IMG/VR virus record: IMGVR_UViG_3300036761_003567
Coordinates: 1-64,000 of that record
Source of the DNA: a virus
DNA length: 64,000 nt
Reading direction: 5' to 3' (one strand)
Shown: positions 1 through 9,999 of the stretch, piece by piece
Layout: the number at the start of each line of letters is the position of its first letter
How positions within the stretch are numbered: position 1 is the first letter of the stretch
The notes under the pieces: generated by a model
The model's input: only the letters and a program-made list of their open reading frames with translations
The model's database searches: none
What the model was told of the DNA's origin: nothing
Position numbers and translations under genes: made by a program

Positions 1-420
1 ATCGATTACTCGAGCCTTGATTCCCCACATACCCGCGAAGATGGGGAATTGGGCATTGTGATGGTTTTTATGGTCGCGCATGATATGGCAGATCTTGCCG
101 GACTTCATCCAGGCGTCCACAGCCGCCCTTTCCCTGACGTTAATCCGGCTATCGCTATCGCGGCAGACGACGAACTCGGCGTCCGGATCCGAAGCTGGCA
201 GGAATCTCCAGAACATGCCGCCCTTGATACTCTGGCTGTTCATGTCCACGACCGTGGCCCCGAGTTCGCTGAGCTTGACCACGAGATCCGGTGGCACGCT
301 GTGCACGAAGACTTTCAGCTTCCAGCCAGGATAGATCAGAGGCATGAGCTTGGCATTCTCTATGGCGCCGACCGTGTAAGTCGGATTGGCGCCATAGGTC
401 GACATAGAGACGATGTTCAT
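1..420 (-). CDS. Conserved hypothetical protein, glycosylation-cluster associated (partial, runs off window)
   Basis: Not in the ORF track; translated by hand as MNIVSMSTYGANPTYTVGAIENAKLMPLIYPGWK...MFWRFLPASD...RDSDSR...HIMRDH...AGMWG. ATGA overlap with the stop of 417..1154. Confidence 0.75.
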   Translation of the reverse strand, partial: MNIVSMSTYGANPTYTVGAIENAKLMPLIYPGWKLKVFVHSVPPDLVVKLSELGATVVDMNSQSIKGGMFWRFLPASDPDAEFVVCRDSDSRINVRERAAVDAWMKSGKICHIMRDHKNHHNAQFPIFAGMWGIKARVID

Positions 421-1154
421 ATGATGTCCTTTGACCAGTATGGGTGCTGGCGCAGGATTGGCGGAAGCAGGTTCTTATCGAAGGGCTGCGGGTTCCAGAT
501 GCCGACGCATGTCGGATGGACGTCGGCAATGGTCTTATCCTTCTCCCATCTCAAGAACTTCTCTGGGAACCAGTTTCTGCGCAGTTCATTACTGTGGCCG
601 TGGCAGGACATCTTGTATTCTACGTGTTTCGCTTCCCTGGCATATCCCATGTGGTAGAAGATTCCGACTTCCCTTGGTACGACGAGGAAGCCCTTCTGAC
701 CAGGCATGTAGAATCGGTCGGGCGCCATGCCGTCGTCGCAGATCCAGTTGAAGCTCCGCCAGGGCGTCCTCAAGTTTAATTTAAAGGCATTCCTGGGCGT
801 CTTGAGAGCAAACTCCTTGACTGCAGCAAATTGTTCTGGGTACCAGACCTCATCGGCATCTATGACGCAGACTAGCTTCGACTGCGGATATTTCTCCCAG
901 ACGACGGATCTGTGCTTCCCTTCATCAGACCAGGCACCTTCTACCCATTCTATCTTATTCTTGGGATCACCAAACGTGTAAATGGAATTCCGGCAGGCTT
1001 CCCTGGAATCCGGATTGCTCAAACCGCTGCGAAATCCGTGGGATGGTACAGGTGCGTAGGCTACGAGCATGTGATCAATCTGATCATATATGCTTTTTAT
1101 GGCGTATCCGGCATAGTCACTGCCATAGTGCATGATCATGAAGCCGACAATCAT
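417..1154 (-). CDS. GT-A fold glycosyltransferase (GT2-like)
   Basis: N-terminal GT2-like strand/helix, DxD motif VIDADEVW, C-terminal HMGY; coupled to neighbouring genes. Confidence 0.7.
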   Translation of the reverse strand: MIVGFMIMHYGSDYAGYAIKSIYDQIDHMLVAYAPVPSHGFRSGLSNPDSREACRNSIYTFGDPKNKIEWVEGAWSDEGKHRSVVWEKYPQSKLVCVIDADEVWYPEQFAAVKEFALKTPRNAFKLNLRTPWRSFNWICDDGMAPDRFYMPGQKGFLVVPREVGIFYHMGYAREAKHVEYKMSCHGHSNELRRNWFPEKFLRWEKDKTIADVHPTCVGIWNPQPFDKNLLPPILRQHPYWSKDII

Positions 1155-2023
1155 ATAGCCTCCAGCGCCATCTGTTTGACGTTGTTCTCGAACTTATATT
1201 TCTGCGTCCCCTTTTCCCACATCCGCCTGCCCATATCGGCCCATGGGCCATAATTGGATCTTACGGCTTCTTGTACAGTCTGGACCAGCATCTGAATAGA
1301 CGCGTCTGTGAAATCAACGTCTTCTTCGTAAGGGAATGGGTCAGCACACACTTCGCAGATGAGGGGTAATGCAAAAGCAGAGCAAACTGCGAATCTCAAA
1401 GGCTCGAATATAATATCGTTATCCTGGTGGACACAGTACATGAACTTCGTCGCCGAGAGGATCTTCTTCCTCTCCTCACCCCATGCGTTGGGAGATATCT
1501 TCAGACCCTTCATGCCGTTCAGGACCGGGACCCTCCGGCCGGCAACATAAGACATGTGCGTAATGTCGAACGTCTTCGTCGTGGGCGGAGTTCCGAGCCT
1601 CTCGTCACTGCCGACAGGAGCGAAAAGCGAGGGAATGTCGTTCTTGACCTTGTCGTAGATGGATCTGTCTGCGAACCAGAACTTGTCGAAGAGGTTAATG
1701 AGATCCAGCTTCCGTAGAACGCTCTTGAATTCTTCAATCGACCCATCTCCCGTCACTACGCCGCCGCCTTTCATGTCCAGGGGTGGCAAGATGCGTTCCA
1801 GGAATAACCAGACGATCTTGCAGGTCCTGGAAGCCTTCGGCCTCGCTTTCAGGGCCGAAATGACGCTCTCATTGACAGGACTGACGACATAGATACAATC
1901 CCTCTTGGGATCTATCTGGTTCTCGTTGCAGATCTCGAACCCGGACAGCTGCGTAAGGGATCTATAGTCCGCGTAGGACCCATACTCCTTGGCGGTGTGG
2001 ATGAAGACTACTTCCTTGGCCAT
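1151..2023 (-). CDS. Putative GT-B/CgeB-like glycosyltransferase
   Basis: C-terminal DITHMSY..GRR...NAWGEERKKIL...VHQD...EPLRF...ICE pattern resembles Glyco_trans_1_2-type domains. Confidence 0.55.
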   Translation of the reverse strand: MAKEVVFIHTAKEYGSYADYRSLTQLSGFEICNENQIDPKRDCIYVVSPVNESVISALKARPKASRTCKIVWLFLERILPPLDMKGGGVVTGDGSIEEFKSVLRKLDLINLFDKFWFADRSIYDKVKNDIPSLFAPVGSDERLGTPPTTKTFDITHMSYVAGRRVPVLNGMKGLKISPNAWGEERKKILSATKFMYCVHQDNDIIFEPLRFAVCSAFALPLICEVCADPFPYEEDVDFTDASIQMLVQTVQEAVRSNYGPWADMGRRMWEKGTQKYKFENNVKQMALEAI

Positions 2024-2049
2024 CTCTTATCTACTTCTGCCTGAATACA

Positions 2050-2078
2050 ACGATGGGGGCCTTGTGGGCCCCCATCGT
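2050..2078 (-). terminator. Stem-loop downstream of the tail sheath gene
   Basis: 12-bp perfect inverted repeat ACGATGGGGGCC/GGCCCCCATCGT with a 5-nt loop; U-tract is weak. Confidence 0.55.
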
Positions 2079-2099
2079 GTTCGGCGCGTAGGTCAGGGG

Positions 2100-5021
2100 T
2101 TACTGTGGAACAACCACTCCGCCGGCGATCAGAACTTCCTGCGCGGTGAAGCTCTGGTCCGTCCTCATGACCACGAGGTTGAGGACGACGAATTCTGCCG
2201 CGCGCGTCGGCTTGATGAATATCGAAACCCAGAGCTCGTTGCGGTCGATCCTCTCCGGCGTGTTGTTGGTGTCGTCGCAGACGACCTTGAAGCCGTACAG
2301 GCCGCGCCGGGCCTGGACGTCCGCCAGGAGCGGCTGGGAGACGTCGACCACCTGCGCCCGGGTGAACCTGTCGTTCGGCTCGAACACGAAGTTCCGGAGC
2401 GTCCTGACCAGGATCTTCTTGAGGTAGATCAGCAGCATCCGGACGTTGACCCGATCCAGCGCGCTCGCCTTGCGCTGCAGCGTCCTCTGGCCCCAGACCG
2501 TGATCCCATCCTGCGTGAAGTTCACGATCGGGTTGACCGCGTTCCCGCTCCCGTAGAGCAGGTTCCGCTCACCGAGAGTCGTGTTGTACTCGACGTCGAG
2601 CGGGGTCAGCAGGTGGCCGCGGTTGAGGCCCGCCGGAGCGAACCACACTTCCGCGACGTTGGCCGTCTTGGCGTAGACGCCTGCCACGTGGCCCGAGGGC
2701 GGAACCCAGATGTTCTGGCCGGAGAACTGGTCGAAGATCTTCAGCCAGCTGTAGTAGAGGGCGCCGTACGAGGAGTTGATCGCGGTCGAGAGGTCGCTCG
2801 AGAGCATCCCGTTGTGCCACTCGACGACCTGCTGTGGGCGGAGGCCGTAGGGCGGATCGACGATGTAGATCATGTCGCCGCGGGACTCGCACAGCTGGAG
2901 TCCCTGGCCGATGACCGCGCCAGAGCTGATGCCCGGGATCAGCAGGATGTTGGTATCGTACTCGTCCGAGTTCTGGAAGGCGAACAGCCCACTGGAAAGG
3001 GCCGGGTTCCCGATGATGACCCGGTCCAGCTCCGAGCTGAAGGCCGAATCGGTCGGAATTCCGTTTGCCGTACCGTTGGCGCCGCTGGCACGCTCCCACT
3101 GGAAGGTGCGGCGGATAAGAGTGCCGGGGTTCCTGACCTCGAAGGCGATGCCGCCGCTGCCGGTCACGGTGACCGCCGGATCACTCCCGAGGAAGGCCGG
3201 CCGATCCTCGTAATTGTAGAACGAGCTCCCGTTCACGCCACCGATGGCGGAATTCTCGTTCACGACATTGCCGATCCAGCGCTCGTTACTCTCGTCGAAG
3301 CTGATGTTGTCGATGCTGTCCTGCGCGACTCCGGAGCCGTCGACGAGCGTCAGGACGTATTTGCCGACGTCCCCTGCCGACGCGCGGTTGGTATCGATCT
3401 GGAGAGTCAGGTAGGTCCCGTCGATCCAGGTGCCAGGCGACTTTGCCACGACCCAGCCGACGATGTTCTGGAAGTACTCGGTGTCGGTCAGGCACTGCGC
3501 GCTGCCGGGCGCCGTCTCGCAGGAAAGCGGCACAGACGGCGTGATGTTGCCGGGGTCCGGTAGTGACACGCGCGGGTCGCTGAACCCGCGGAAATTGCGG
3601 TAATACGGGTAAGGGATGCCAACCTCCTCGGCGAACCTGAGCGTCTCGATGTTGCTCGCCGAGGCCAGGAGCTGGAGGAGATCATACTGCGTATCGTCGG
3701 CGGTGATGATCGCCACCCTGACATCCCCGTCGGCCACGGTGATGGGGAAGCTCTCGTAATAGCGCATCCCGAGATAGAGCCCGGATGCGTGAATCGCAGC
3801 CGCGATCATCGCAGCCGTGACGTTGGGCCCCACAGGAAGCGAGATGCTGAAGTTATGGACGTTCGTGCCGCTGGTAACGGAGAGCTTGATCCTGTCATCC
3901 GCCGTGGTGATGACGAAGGGGCTGGGCTCGGTGCCCACCAGGCTGCTCCGGGGGATGTCATATGCCCAGAGCGAGGTCCCCACTTCGAGAGCGAACCCCT
4001 CAGTGTCGATGATCTGAATGCGGTGTCCGGCCGTCTCGGTCACGATCTGGGGAATCCCACCGGACTCAATAGCGCGGTACCGCACCGCGCTTGGCGTAGG
4101 AGCTCCAGCGGCCAGATTGAATGCGGTCACGAAGTCCGCGTTCGTGGTGTAGGAAGCGACCGGCATCGTGTAGGGACCGCCGGAGCCACCACCACTGATT
4201 CCCTCGACGGCGACGTCGAACACCCTGTTGTTGGGTGCGACGCTGAAGGTGAAGATGTCCCCGGCCTCGATCGGGCATCCGCCGACCACCAGGACGGCCC
4301 CGGTCAAGCCGGTGGCGTCGGCACCGGAACCGATGGCAAAGGCAGCCGAAGCGCCGACTGGCGCCCCAGTGTCGGTCAGCGTGCCGGTCTGAATAACTGC
4401 ACCGTCGCTGTTCCGGATGATCTGGTAGGTGGCATCCTGGACGCTCGGCGCGCCATAGGAGCCGCCAGGCCCTTCCGTGATCAGGATGATGAAGCTGTCG
4501 TCGACCGCGCCGGTGTAAGTCCCGGTGACGACCAGCGTCGCATTCACCACGCCACAGGAACCCGACGGATCCACGTCCGTGAATTCGGGGGCGGAAACAG
4601 ACGCATCGTGGAATTCGTAAGGAGCGTCCACGGTGCATTCCCGCAGACGAAGGCGACCCAGGTCGATGCCCTGGAAGAGCGGAATGCGGCCGTACCCCTC
4701 GACATTCGCACCGCTCGTGTCGATGCAGATGTCCGAAAGCTCCGTCGGCTGCCCCTGCTCGCATTCGACGCCCACGCGCAGCGTGAACATCTGGTTCCCC
4801 TGCTCGAAATACCCCAGGGCCGCGAAGCCCATGTAGGAATCGAGAATCGGGGTTCCGAAGGTGTTCACCCACTGCTCGGACGTCGACGTGAAGATAGGCC
4901 TGCCCAGCTTCCCTTTCTGGGCCGTGCCGATCATCGCCGGCATCGTAGGACCTGCGGCAGCCGGAAGCAGACTGATGTCGATCTCGCGCGGGAAGACGCC
5001 GGGGGAGAGGAATACGGGCAT
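2100..5021 (-). CDS. Contractile tail sheath protein (T4 gp18-like), 973 aa
   Basis: N-terminus FLSPGVFPREID; C-terminus VPPSG, WFAPAG.NRG, VNPI, VWGQRTL, ALDRVNVRMLL, FEPND, VVCDDTNN, IKPTRAAEF. GGAG RBS. Confidence 0.97.
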   Translation of the reverse strand: MPVFLSPGVFPREIDISLLPAAAGPTMPAMIGTAQKGKLGRPIFTSTSEQWVNTFGTPILDSYMGFAALGYFEQGNQMFTLRVGVECEQGQPTELSDICIDTSGANVEGYGRIPLFQGIDLGRLRLRECTVDAPYEFHDASVSAPEFTDVDPSGSCGVVNATLVVTGTYTGAVDDSFIILITEGPGGSYGAPSVQDATYQIIRNSDGAVIQTGTLTDTGAPVGASAAFAIGSGADATGLTGAVLVVGGCPIEAGDIFTFSVAPNNRVFDVAVEGISGGGSGGPYTMPVASYTTNADFVTAFNLAAGAPTPSAVRYRAIESGGIPQIVTETAGHRIQIIDTEGFALEVGTSLWAYDIPRSSLVGTEPSPFVITTADDRIKLSVTSGTNVHNFSISLPVGPNVTAAMIAAAIHASGLYLGMRYYESFPITVADGDVRVAIITADDTQYDLLQLLASASNIETLRFAEEVGIPYPYYRNFRGFSDPRVSLPDPGNITPSVPLSCETAPGSAQCLTDTEYFQNIVGWVVAKSPGTWIDGTYLTLQIDTNRASAGDVGKYVLTLVDGSGVAQDSIDNISFDESNERWIGNVVNENSAIGGVNGSSFYNYEDRPAFLGSDPAVTVTGSGGIAFEVRNPGTLIRRTFQWERASGANGTANGIPTDSAFSSELDRVIIGNPALSSGLFAFQNSDEYDTNILLIPGISSGAVIGQGLQLCESRGDMIYIVDPPYGLRPQQVVEWHNGMLSSDLSTAINSSYGALYYSWLKIFDQFSGQNIWVPPSGHVAGVYAKTANVAEVWFAPAGLNRGHLLTPLDVEYNTTLGERNLLYGSGNAVNPIVNFTQDGITVWGQRTLQRKASALDRVNVRMLLIYLKKILVRTLRNFVFEPNDRFTRAQVVDVSQPLLADVQARRGLYGFKVVCDDTNNTPERIDRNELWVSIFIKPTRAAEFVVLNLVVMRTDQSFTAQEVLIAGGVVVPQ

Positions 5022-5048
5022 TTGCGCGCTCCTTATTAGCCTTCTGAT

Positions 5049-5057
5049 TATATTTGA
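5049..5057 (-). promoter_or_regulatory. Putative late promoter TCAAATATA (CAAAnnTA class)
   Basis: Lies 28 nt upstream of the sheath ATG; the same class recurs upstream of other structural genes. Confidence 0.55.
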
Positions 5058-5084
5058 TCAGAGCGGCTAATGGAGCTAATTCCC

Positions 5085-5357
5085 CTACGTCGTAGCAGTC
5101 CCGATGATTTTGATGTGTCCGCGCATCTGGAGGTTCTTGATCTGATCCAGGTCCAGGAAATTCTTCGGAATCTTTGCGGTGTGCTTCCCGCGGATGGAAA
5201 TGGTCTGCTCGGAAATAAAGAAGTCGCTCCCCGGCGGCCTCTGGCGGATGGAGACGACCTGGCTCCTGGGATTATAGAGCGTCACCAGGGGTCCTGCGGA
5301 AACGGCCTCCTTCTGCTGCTTCACTTCGCGCTGGCTAAGCGGCCTTGTCTTGCTCAT
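5085..5357 (-). CDS. Hypothetical protein (90 aa)
   Basis: GGAGG RBS; lies within the structural operon. Confidence 0.75.
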   Translation of the reverse strand: MSKTRPLSQREVKQQKEAVSAGPLVTLYNPRSQVVSIRQRPPGSDFFISEQTISIRGKHTAKIPKNFLDLDQIKNLQMRGHIKIIGTATT

Positions 5358-5366
5358 GGCTCCCTC

Positions 5367-6179
5367 CTAAGTCCCAAAGAGAGATACGTGACCCAGTCGT
5401 GCCTGTATGACCTCGCCCGTCTCGTCCTGTATCGTATGTACTTTCCCGAGGATCGCAGGCACCAACTTTTCTGGAAGCGGGAGCCAGGCTTCCGCGGTCA
5501 TGCTTATGTCATACCTCACCTTCGCAATCCTGTCGCGGCCTGCCTCTATTTCGCTGCTGTCCGTATATCCTCCTAACTTCATGATCAGGTTGCCTTGCAA
5601 GAAGGCATCGGCAATATGGATTTCGGCCAGGGGGTCAAACCGAGTCAGGATTTGATAGAGGATGTACTCCGCATCCTGCTTATGCTCTGTCCAATAAGAG
5701 AGCTGATATTCCACCAGGAATTGCCTAGGTCTGTAAGTGAGCGAGAGCCTGGAACCCGGCTTGTCCGCGAATCGCTTCCGGATTCTCCAATAAGGCGGAC
5801 TAAACTTTTCCGCATGGAAGGTCGCGCTTCCCCTGTGGACCGACATGACCGGCAACCCGATGCGACCCTCTTTCAGGTCCTGCTGCCAGACAAGAATGGA
5901 CCTATCACCGCGGGGTATCCGAACGGTCATCTTCTTCACGCCATCTTTCGTCGGAACCGTAATATCAGAAAGCCATTCCTTGATGGCGGCGTCTGTTGTC
6001 TGGAAGCCGATCGGAAGAATGTTCCTGACGTCTTCGACGCCGACGTTGATCTTGTCATAGGCGATAGTCGACCTGCCGGTCAAATCTGGCAGGCGGATCA
6101 AAGGAGAATACTGCGGAGCGTGCTCGGGTGCCCCGGGCGGCTGGTTGGTCCGTGCTCTGAAGTCAAAGTCGTAAAGCAT
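5367..6179 (-). CDS. Tail terminator / sheath stabilizer (T4 gp15-like)
   Basis: LPVMSVHR, YQLSYWT...ILYQILTRF.P and RYDISMTAEAWLP motifs; located upstream of the sheath gene. Confidence 0.7.
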   Translation of the reverse strand: MLYDFDFRARTNQPPGAPEHAPQYSPLIRLPDLTGRSTIAYDKINVGVEDVRNILPIGFQTTDAAIKEWLSDITVPTKDGVKKMTVRIPRGDRSILVWQQDLKEGRIGLPVMSVHRGSATFHAEKFSPPYWRIRKRFADKPGSRLSLTYRPRQFLVEYQLSYWTEHKQDAEYILYQILTRFDPLAEIHIADAFLQGNLIMKLGGYTDSSEIEAGRDRIAKVRYDISMTAEAWLPLPEKLVPAILGKVHTIQDETGEVIQARLGHVSLFGT

Positions 6180-6517
6180 TAGCTTATTCCCTGACCCTTC
6201 AGGATCTTCTTAAGCTCTTCCTTGCTCTGGAGCCTGTTCAGCACCGTCGCGAAGGGCCTCGTGCCCATCACCTCTTCCGTCTTGGCCATCATCGCGACTT
6301 CCGGGTTCGTGGCGGGGACGAAGATGGTCGCCCTGACGGCTTCCTTCTCCGGCCTCGATACGATGAATTCGGGATTTACCTTGTTGAACGAAATCTCCTT
6401 GATATCCTCAACGACTCCTATGGCGGCGGCCCGAGCAATCCCGTCCGCGCGATCGTTCACGTCGCGCCTCAGGTTGGCTTCCAATTCAGCCAGCGACTTG
6501 ACCGGGATCTTTCTCAT
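6179..6517 (-). CDS. Hypothetical structural-region protein
   Basis: Start revised to MRKIPVK, which has an ATGA overlap with the upstream stop. Confidence 0.65.
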   Translation of the reverse strand: MRKIPVKSLAELEANLRRDVNDRADGIARAAAIGVVEDIKEISFNKVNPEFIVSRPEKEAVRATIFVPATNPEVAMMAKTEEVMGTRPFATVLNRLQSKEELKKILKGQGIS

Positions 6518-7086
6518 TTGTGATCGATGTCCAGGGTCTTGTCGTCGGTGATGTTCTGGACGAGCGCCGAGAAATAGAGCCACCTGTACATGAAATTGCC
6601 CTGATCAGTGGCGTCGATGACCCGGAACCTGCGAGCAGCACCAGGCCCTGTCGAATTGTGGGGGATCTCCACCATGTCCCCCGCCCGGATCATCCTCTTC
6701 TCTCCGAACTGCTGCAGGATCTCTGACCTCGCAAACACGACCGTAGTCGTATTGGGCGCGTCGACGCCCCACTTCGTCAATTCGATCTGAACGGGTTCCG
6801 GCTTGAAGAAGGCCTTGAGCAGGATACCGTTCTTGTACGAAGGGTTCGGGTCCTCGTCATACACCTGATTGTAATCGGCGTTGTCCGTCCTTACAAAGAG
6901 CCTAATCCAGGCGCCAGAGATGTGGATGAGCTCTAAAGCCATCCTCTCCGCGTACCCCATGTCGGGCTTCAGAGGATTATAAATGGAGATCGGCGAGAAC
7001 ACCTTCTCAACGTCGCTCCTGTGGTCAGGAACGTCATCGATGCTTATGAGCCGCTCTGCTATTCCAAAATTGAAGTCGTGCAGCAT
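6514..7086 (-). CDS. Neck / head-closure protein (T4 gp14-like)
   Basis: VYDEDP..SY...LKAFF...LTKWGVD...F...I..GD pattern; synteny with gp13/gp15-like genes. Confidence 0.65.
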   Translation of the reverse strand: MLHDFNFGIAERLISIDDVPDHRSDVEKVFSPISIYNPLKPDMGYAERMALELIHISGAWIRLFVRTDNADYNQVYDEDPNPSYKNGILLKAFFKPEPVQIELTKWGVDAPNTTTVVFARSEILQQFGEKRMIRAGDMVEIPHNSTGPGAARRFRVIDATDQGNFMYRWLYFSALVQNITDDKTLDIDHK

Positions 7087-7087
7087 C

Positions 7088-8005
7088 TTACCTGGGCTCC
7101 GGTTCAGTAAGCGGCCTCATAGGACCGATCGCTTCCGGTTCTGCCTTGCCTTCCATGCCGGACACGTATTGCTCCACGTCCTGGAACGTGAGCCCGCTGA
7201 TCTCCTCGAGCGCGCGCTTCGCCTCCTCCAGGTTAACGGCTGAGATATCGAACGGACGCGAATAGCCGGGCAACTTCTCCAGCCACGTTTGGACGGCCAG
7301 CAGCATGATGTGAGGAATCGTCCTGTTCTGTTCAGCCAGCCGATTTACGACTCCCATGAAGTCAAAAACTGCCTTTTCCTTCGACTTCTGGTGTTCTGCT
7401 TCCTTTTCCTTCTGGATAGCCTCGATTTCCTTGGTATGCTCTTGTTCCCAAGGCTCATCCACCTTCGTGACGACCTGCCAGTAGCCGATCTCCGGAGAGC
7501 CTTCGATCCAGAACCATTTATCCTTGGGAGCCTTCTGGATGATCGCGTCGAACTTCTGTTCGTCCGTGACGCCCGGAACCTCCTTCGCGTGGGTCAGGAG
7601 CCTGTCGATCTCGATGTCCTGCTGGTCCTTGATGTCCGTCTCTTCGGGCCTCTCGAAGCCCGGAGTCTGCCTCGGCTGCTGTGGGTTGAGGCCGTATTCT
7701 TCCAGAGTGCTTCTCAACCAGGCTATGAAAAGCCGGTCCGGCCGCTTGTCTGATTTCTTCAGAACGTCCGAGAGACGCTTCCCTTCCGGGTCGAGCATGT
7801 GCCACTCGCCCTCTCTTCCTTTCCTGCCTTTCTCCTTCTCCCGGAAGCCGACCGTCCCTGTCGTCGTAGCCTTGAAATAAATATCCAGCCGGATGATAAG
7901 CTTCTCGGGCGTGAAGCCGGGCACGAGACGGATGTCGATAATGCCCTGGTTTATCACGACCTCAGTCAGCAACCGCTGGAAGGCTTCCACAAGCGGATGG
8001 GTCAT
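7088..8005 (-). CDS. Hypothetical protein
   Basis: Start revised to MTHPLVE (ATGA overlap); phage-like codon usage. Confidence 0.75.
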   Translation of the reverse strand: MTHPLVEAFQRLLTEVVINQGIIDIRLVPGFTPEKLIIRLDIYFKATTTGTVGFREKEKGRKGREGEWHMLDPEGKRLSDVLKKSDKRPDRLFIAWLRSTLEEYGLNPQQPRQTPGFERPEETDIKDQQDIEIDRLLTHAKEVPGVTDEQKFDAIIQKAPKDKWFWIEGSPEIGYWQVVTKVDEPWEQEHTKEIEAIQKEKEAEHQKSKEKAVFDFMGVVNRLAEQNRTIPHIMLLAVQTWLEKLPGYSRPFDISAVNLEEAKRALEEISGLTFQDVEQYVSGMEGKAEPEAIGPMRPLTEPEPR

Positions 8006-8397
8006 TTGCAAGTTTCTCCACAACTCATGTATCCACCAAAACCACAAGCTTCCTGAGTCTGCGGTTCAGAAACTGGCTCATCCGCAAAGGCAGCCTCTCG
8101 CAGGATCTTGTACCAGTCCGGGCCCGGGAAACAGCAAGTACCCACCTGCGGCGGCGGGCCACTCGGAAGGACGAAATACTTCCGGGTCATCGTGTCGCCC
8201 GTGTTCAGCATGATGACGACCTGTGCCTCCGGAATCACTTCCAGGGCCTTCGCCAGCCGGATGAACGTCTTTGGGCAGAACATGTTTATGTCCAGGGTAG
8301 GCGTCGTCATGGAGCTCGAAGGCTCGCACCCCGGGAGCATGATCACGTTCCCGGGCAACACTTCCAGCTTGTTGGCAATGTTGAAGTCCGGGTTCAT
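8002..8397 (-). CDS. Hypothetical Cys-rich protein
   Basis: Translationally coupled on both sides. Confidence 0.7.
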   Translation of the reverse strand: MNPDFNIANKLEVLPGNVIMLPGCEPSSSMTTPTLDINMFCPKTFIRLAKALEVIPEAQVVIMLNTGDTMTRKYFVLPSGPPPQVGTCCFPGPDWYKILREAAFADEPVSEPQTQEACGFGGYMSCGETCK

Positions 8398-9182
8398 GCT
8401 GGTGAAAATGTGCCGCCCATCCGCGGCGGCTTGGTGCCGGCCCTGACGAACTTCATGACGTCCAATCTGTTTTTCAGGCTCAGGCGGCCGGGATCTGGCT
8501 GATCTCCCGGATCACCGATATCCTCTTGTGGCGTTGCTTCTTCCTTTTCTTTTCTGCGTTCCGCCGCCCCCGCCTGCTTTTCATCGTGAGTCGGCGGGTT
8601 CTCCTTTTCTGCTTCCTTTATTTTCTTTTCCAGGCTTCCGAGGATGCCTGCCAGGGCAGAGGGCTTATCCTTGACGATCGTATTCCCCCGCCCGAGAAGG
8701 GCAGCGATCTCGTTAGGAAGCTCAACCGAGAGGTCGTCCGTGTCGTAGATCGTCACGCTTATCCACTGGGACTGCTGGAAGAGCCTGTTCTTGCCGACCT
8801 GGATCTCGACCACGAACGGGTGCGAGTGGACGTCTCCGGACGAAACCAGTTCGGCCGGAAAGCCACACTCCGCTGCACGTTTGACGATCCTGTCAGCGAC
8901 GCCCTTTATGATGCTGAAGTGGCGAGATTCGTCTTTCTCGATCCTGCCCCTCTGAGGCTTCTGCTTTTTCTTTACTTCGTCGAGCGCCTGAGCCACTTCC
9001 CAGAGGACGACCTCGTCGCCAAACCGCCAACTATCCGCAGGAAGGAGGATCTGGCCTTCGAATACGACGTCTTCGCCAAGCTCAGCATTCTCGAGGATGC
9101 GGGATGCCAGTTGAAGCGAGGCGTCAGAGACGACGACCTTCTCATTCCCGTCCAGGAGCTGTGCAATTTCTTCGGGAGTCAT
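8394..9182 (-). CDS. Hypothetical protein
   Basis: ATG directly follows the CGCAAAACT motif. Confidence 0.75.
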   Translation of the reverse strand: MTPEEIAQLLDGNEKVVVSDASLQLASRILENAELGEDVVFEGQILLPADSWRFGDEVVLWEVAQALDEVKKKQKPQRGRIEKDESRHFSIIKGVADRIVKRAAECGFPAELVSSGDVHSHPFVVEIQVGKNRLFQQSQWISVTIYDTDDLSVELPNEIAALLGRGNTIVKDKPSALAGILGSLEKKIKEAEKENPPTHDEKQAGAAERRKEKEEATPQEDIGDPGDQPDPGRLSLKNRLDVMKFVRAGTKPPRMGGTFSPA

Positions 9183-9199
9183 AGTTTTGCGTTCAACAA

Positions 9200-9940
9200 T
9201 TAATACATCATGAGCGGAAGGGGTTCTCCGAGAAGGATGGCGTCGTGCATCGCCTTTTCCTTTTCTTCAATCCCTTCCTTGACGAGAACATCGCCGTTCA
9301 GATTGATCTGGCCGCCATCCGGGCCCGGAATGGCGCCGAACTTCCGCCTAGCCTCTCCGATCATCTGCTTGGATTCTGCCAGCATGAAGCGCATGGCGAC
9401 CTCGCGAGCCTGCGGGGAGCGCCAGTTATAAATCACAGGAATGTAAAGCACGACCACGCCGAAGGCGCCCTTCGGGGTCGGATAGAGCCGGATCTTATTA
9501 TCCCCCAGGACTTCCCAGCCGCCTTCATTGCTGAGTATCCTCTGACTAAACTTGCGGTATTGCTGGAGGAGGTGATAGTCCGTCAACATGTTCTGGATGC
9601 CGGAGATGTTTCCTATATTAAAAAGGAAGCTCTCGGCCCCGAAGATGTTGTCGATCCGAGTCGTGCTGGGATCCCAGGCCACGTCCTGGATCCACCAGGC
9701 ATCCGCAGGCAGGTCGTAGGTCGTCTGGAGCGGCTGCGTCCGGAAATAGGCGAACTTCTGCTCCAGCGGGAAGTATCCGGCTGCAAAATCGCCGGTCGTA
9801 CGAAGCACGATCTCAAATGCCGCGTCATTTTGCTCGACCAGGACGTTGGGGCTGCCGAGCTTGGCGATAACGTACGCCTTCAGGTCCTCGGAGGCTACCT
9901 TGAGGACCTTCGGCATGTCTTTCGGGCCGAGGATGGGCAT
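9200..9940 (-). CDS. Neck / head-tail adaptor (T4 gp13-like)
   Basis: LKAYVIAKLGSPNVLVE N-terminus and GEARRKF..IPGPDGG.INLNG..L..EG..EKE C-terminus. Confidence 0.88.
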   Translation of the reverse strand: MPILGPKDMPKVLKVASEDLKAYVIAKLGSPNVLVEQNDAAFEIVLRTTGDFAAGYFPLEQKFAYFRTQPLQTTYDLPADAWWIQDVAWDPSTTRIDNIFGAESFLFNIGNISGIQNMLTDYHLLQQYRKFSQRILSNEGGWEVLGDNKIRLYPTPKGAFGVVVLYIPVIYNWRSPQAREVAMRFMLAESKQMIGEARRKFGAIPGPDGGQINLNGDVLVKEGIEEKEKAMHDAILLGEPLPLMMY

Positions 9941-9999
9941 AAGAGTTCTCCTGACATAGTTTTGCGGGGGCAGCCTGCAGGGACTATCAAAGATATGGC

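Noticed and set aside
1989-5039. Long plus-strand ORFs antisense to the sheath gene (also 21894-23186 and similar)
   Set aside because: These are shadow ORFs of GC3-rich codon usage with no motifs or RBS.
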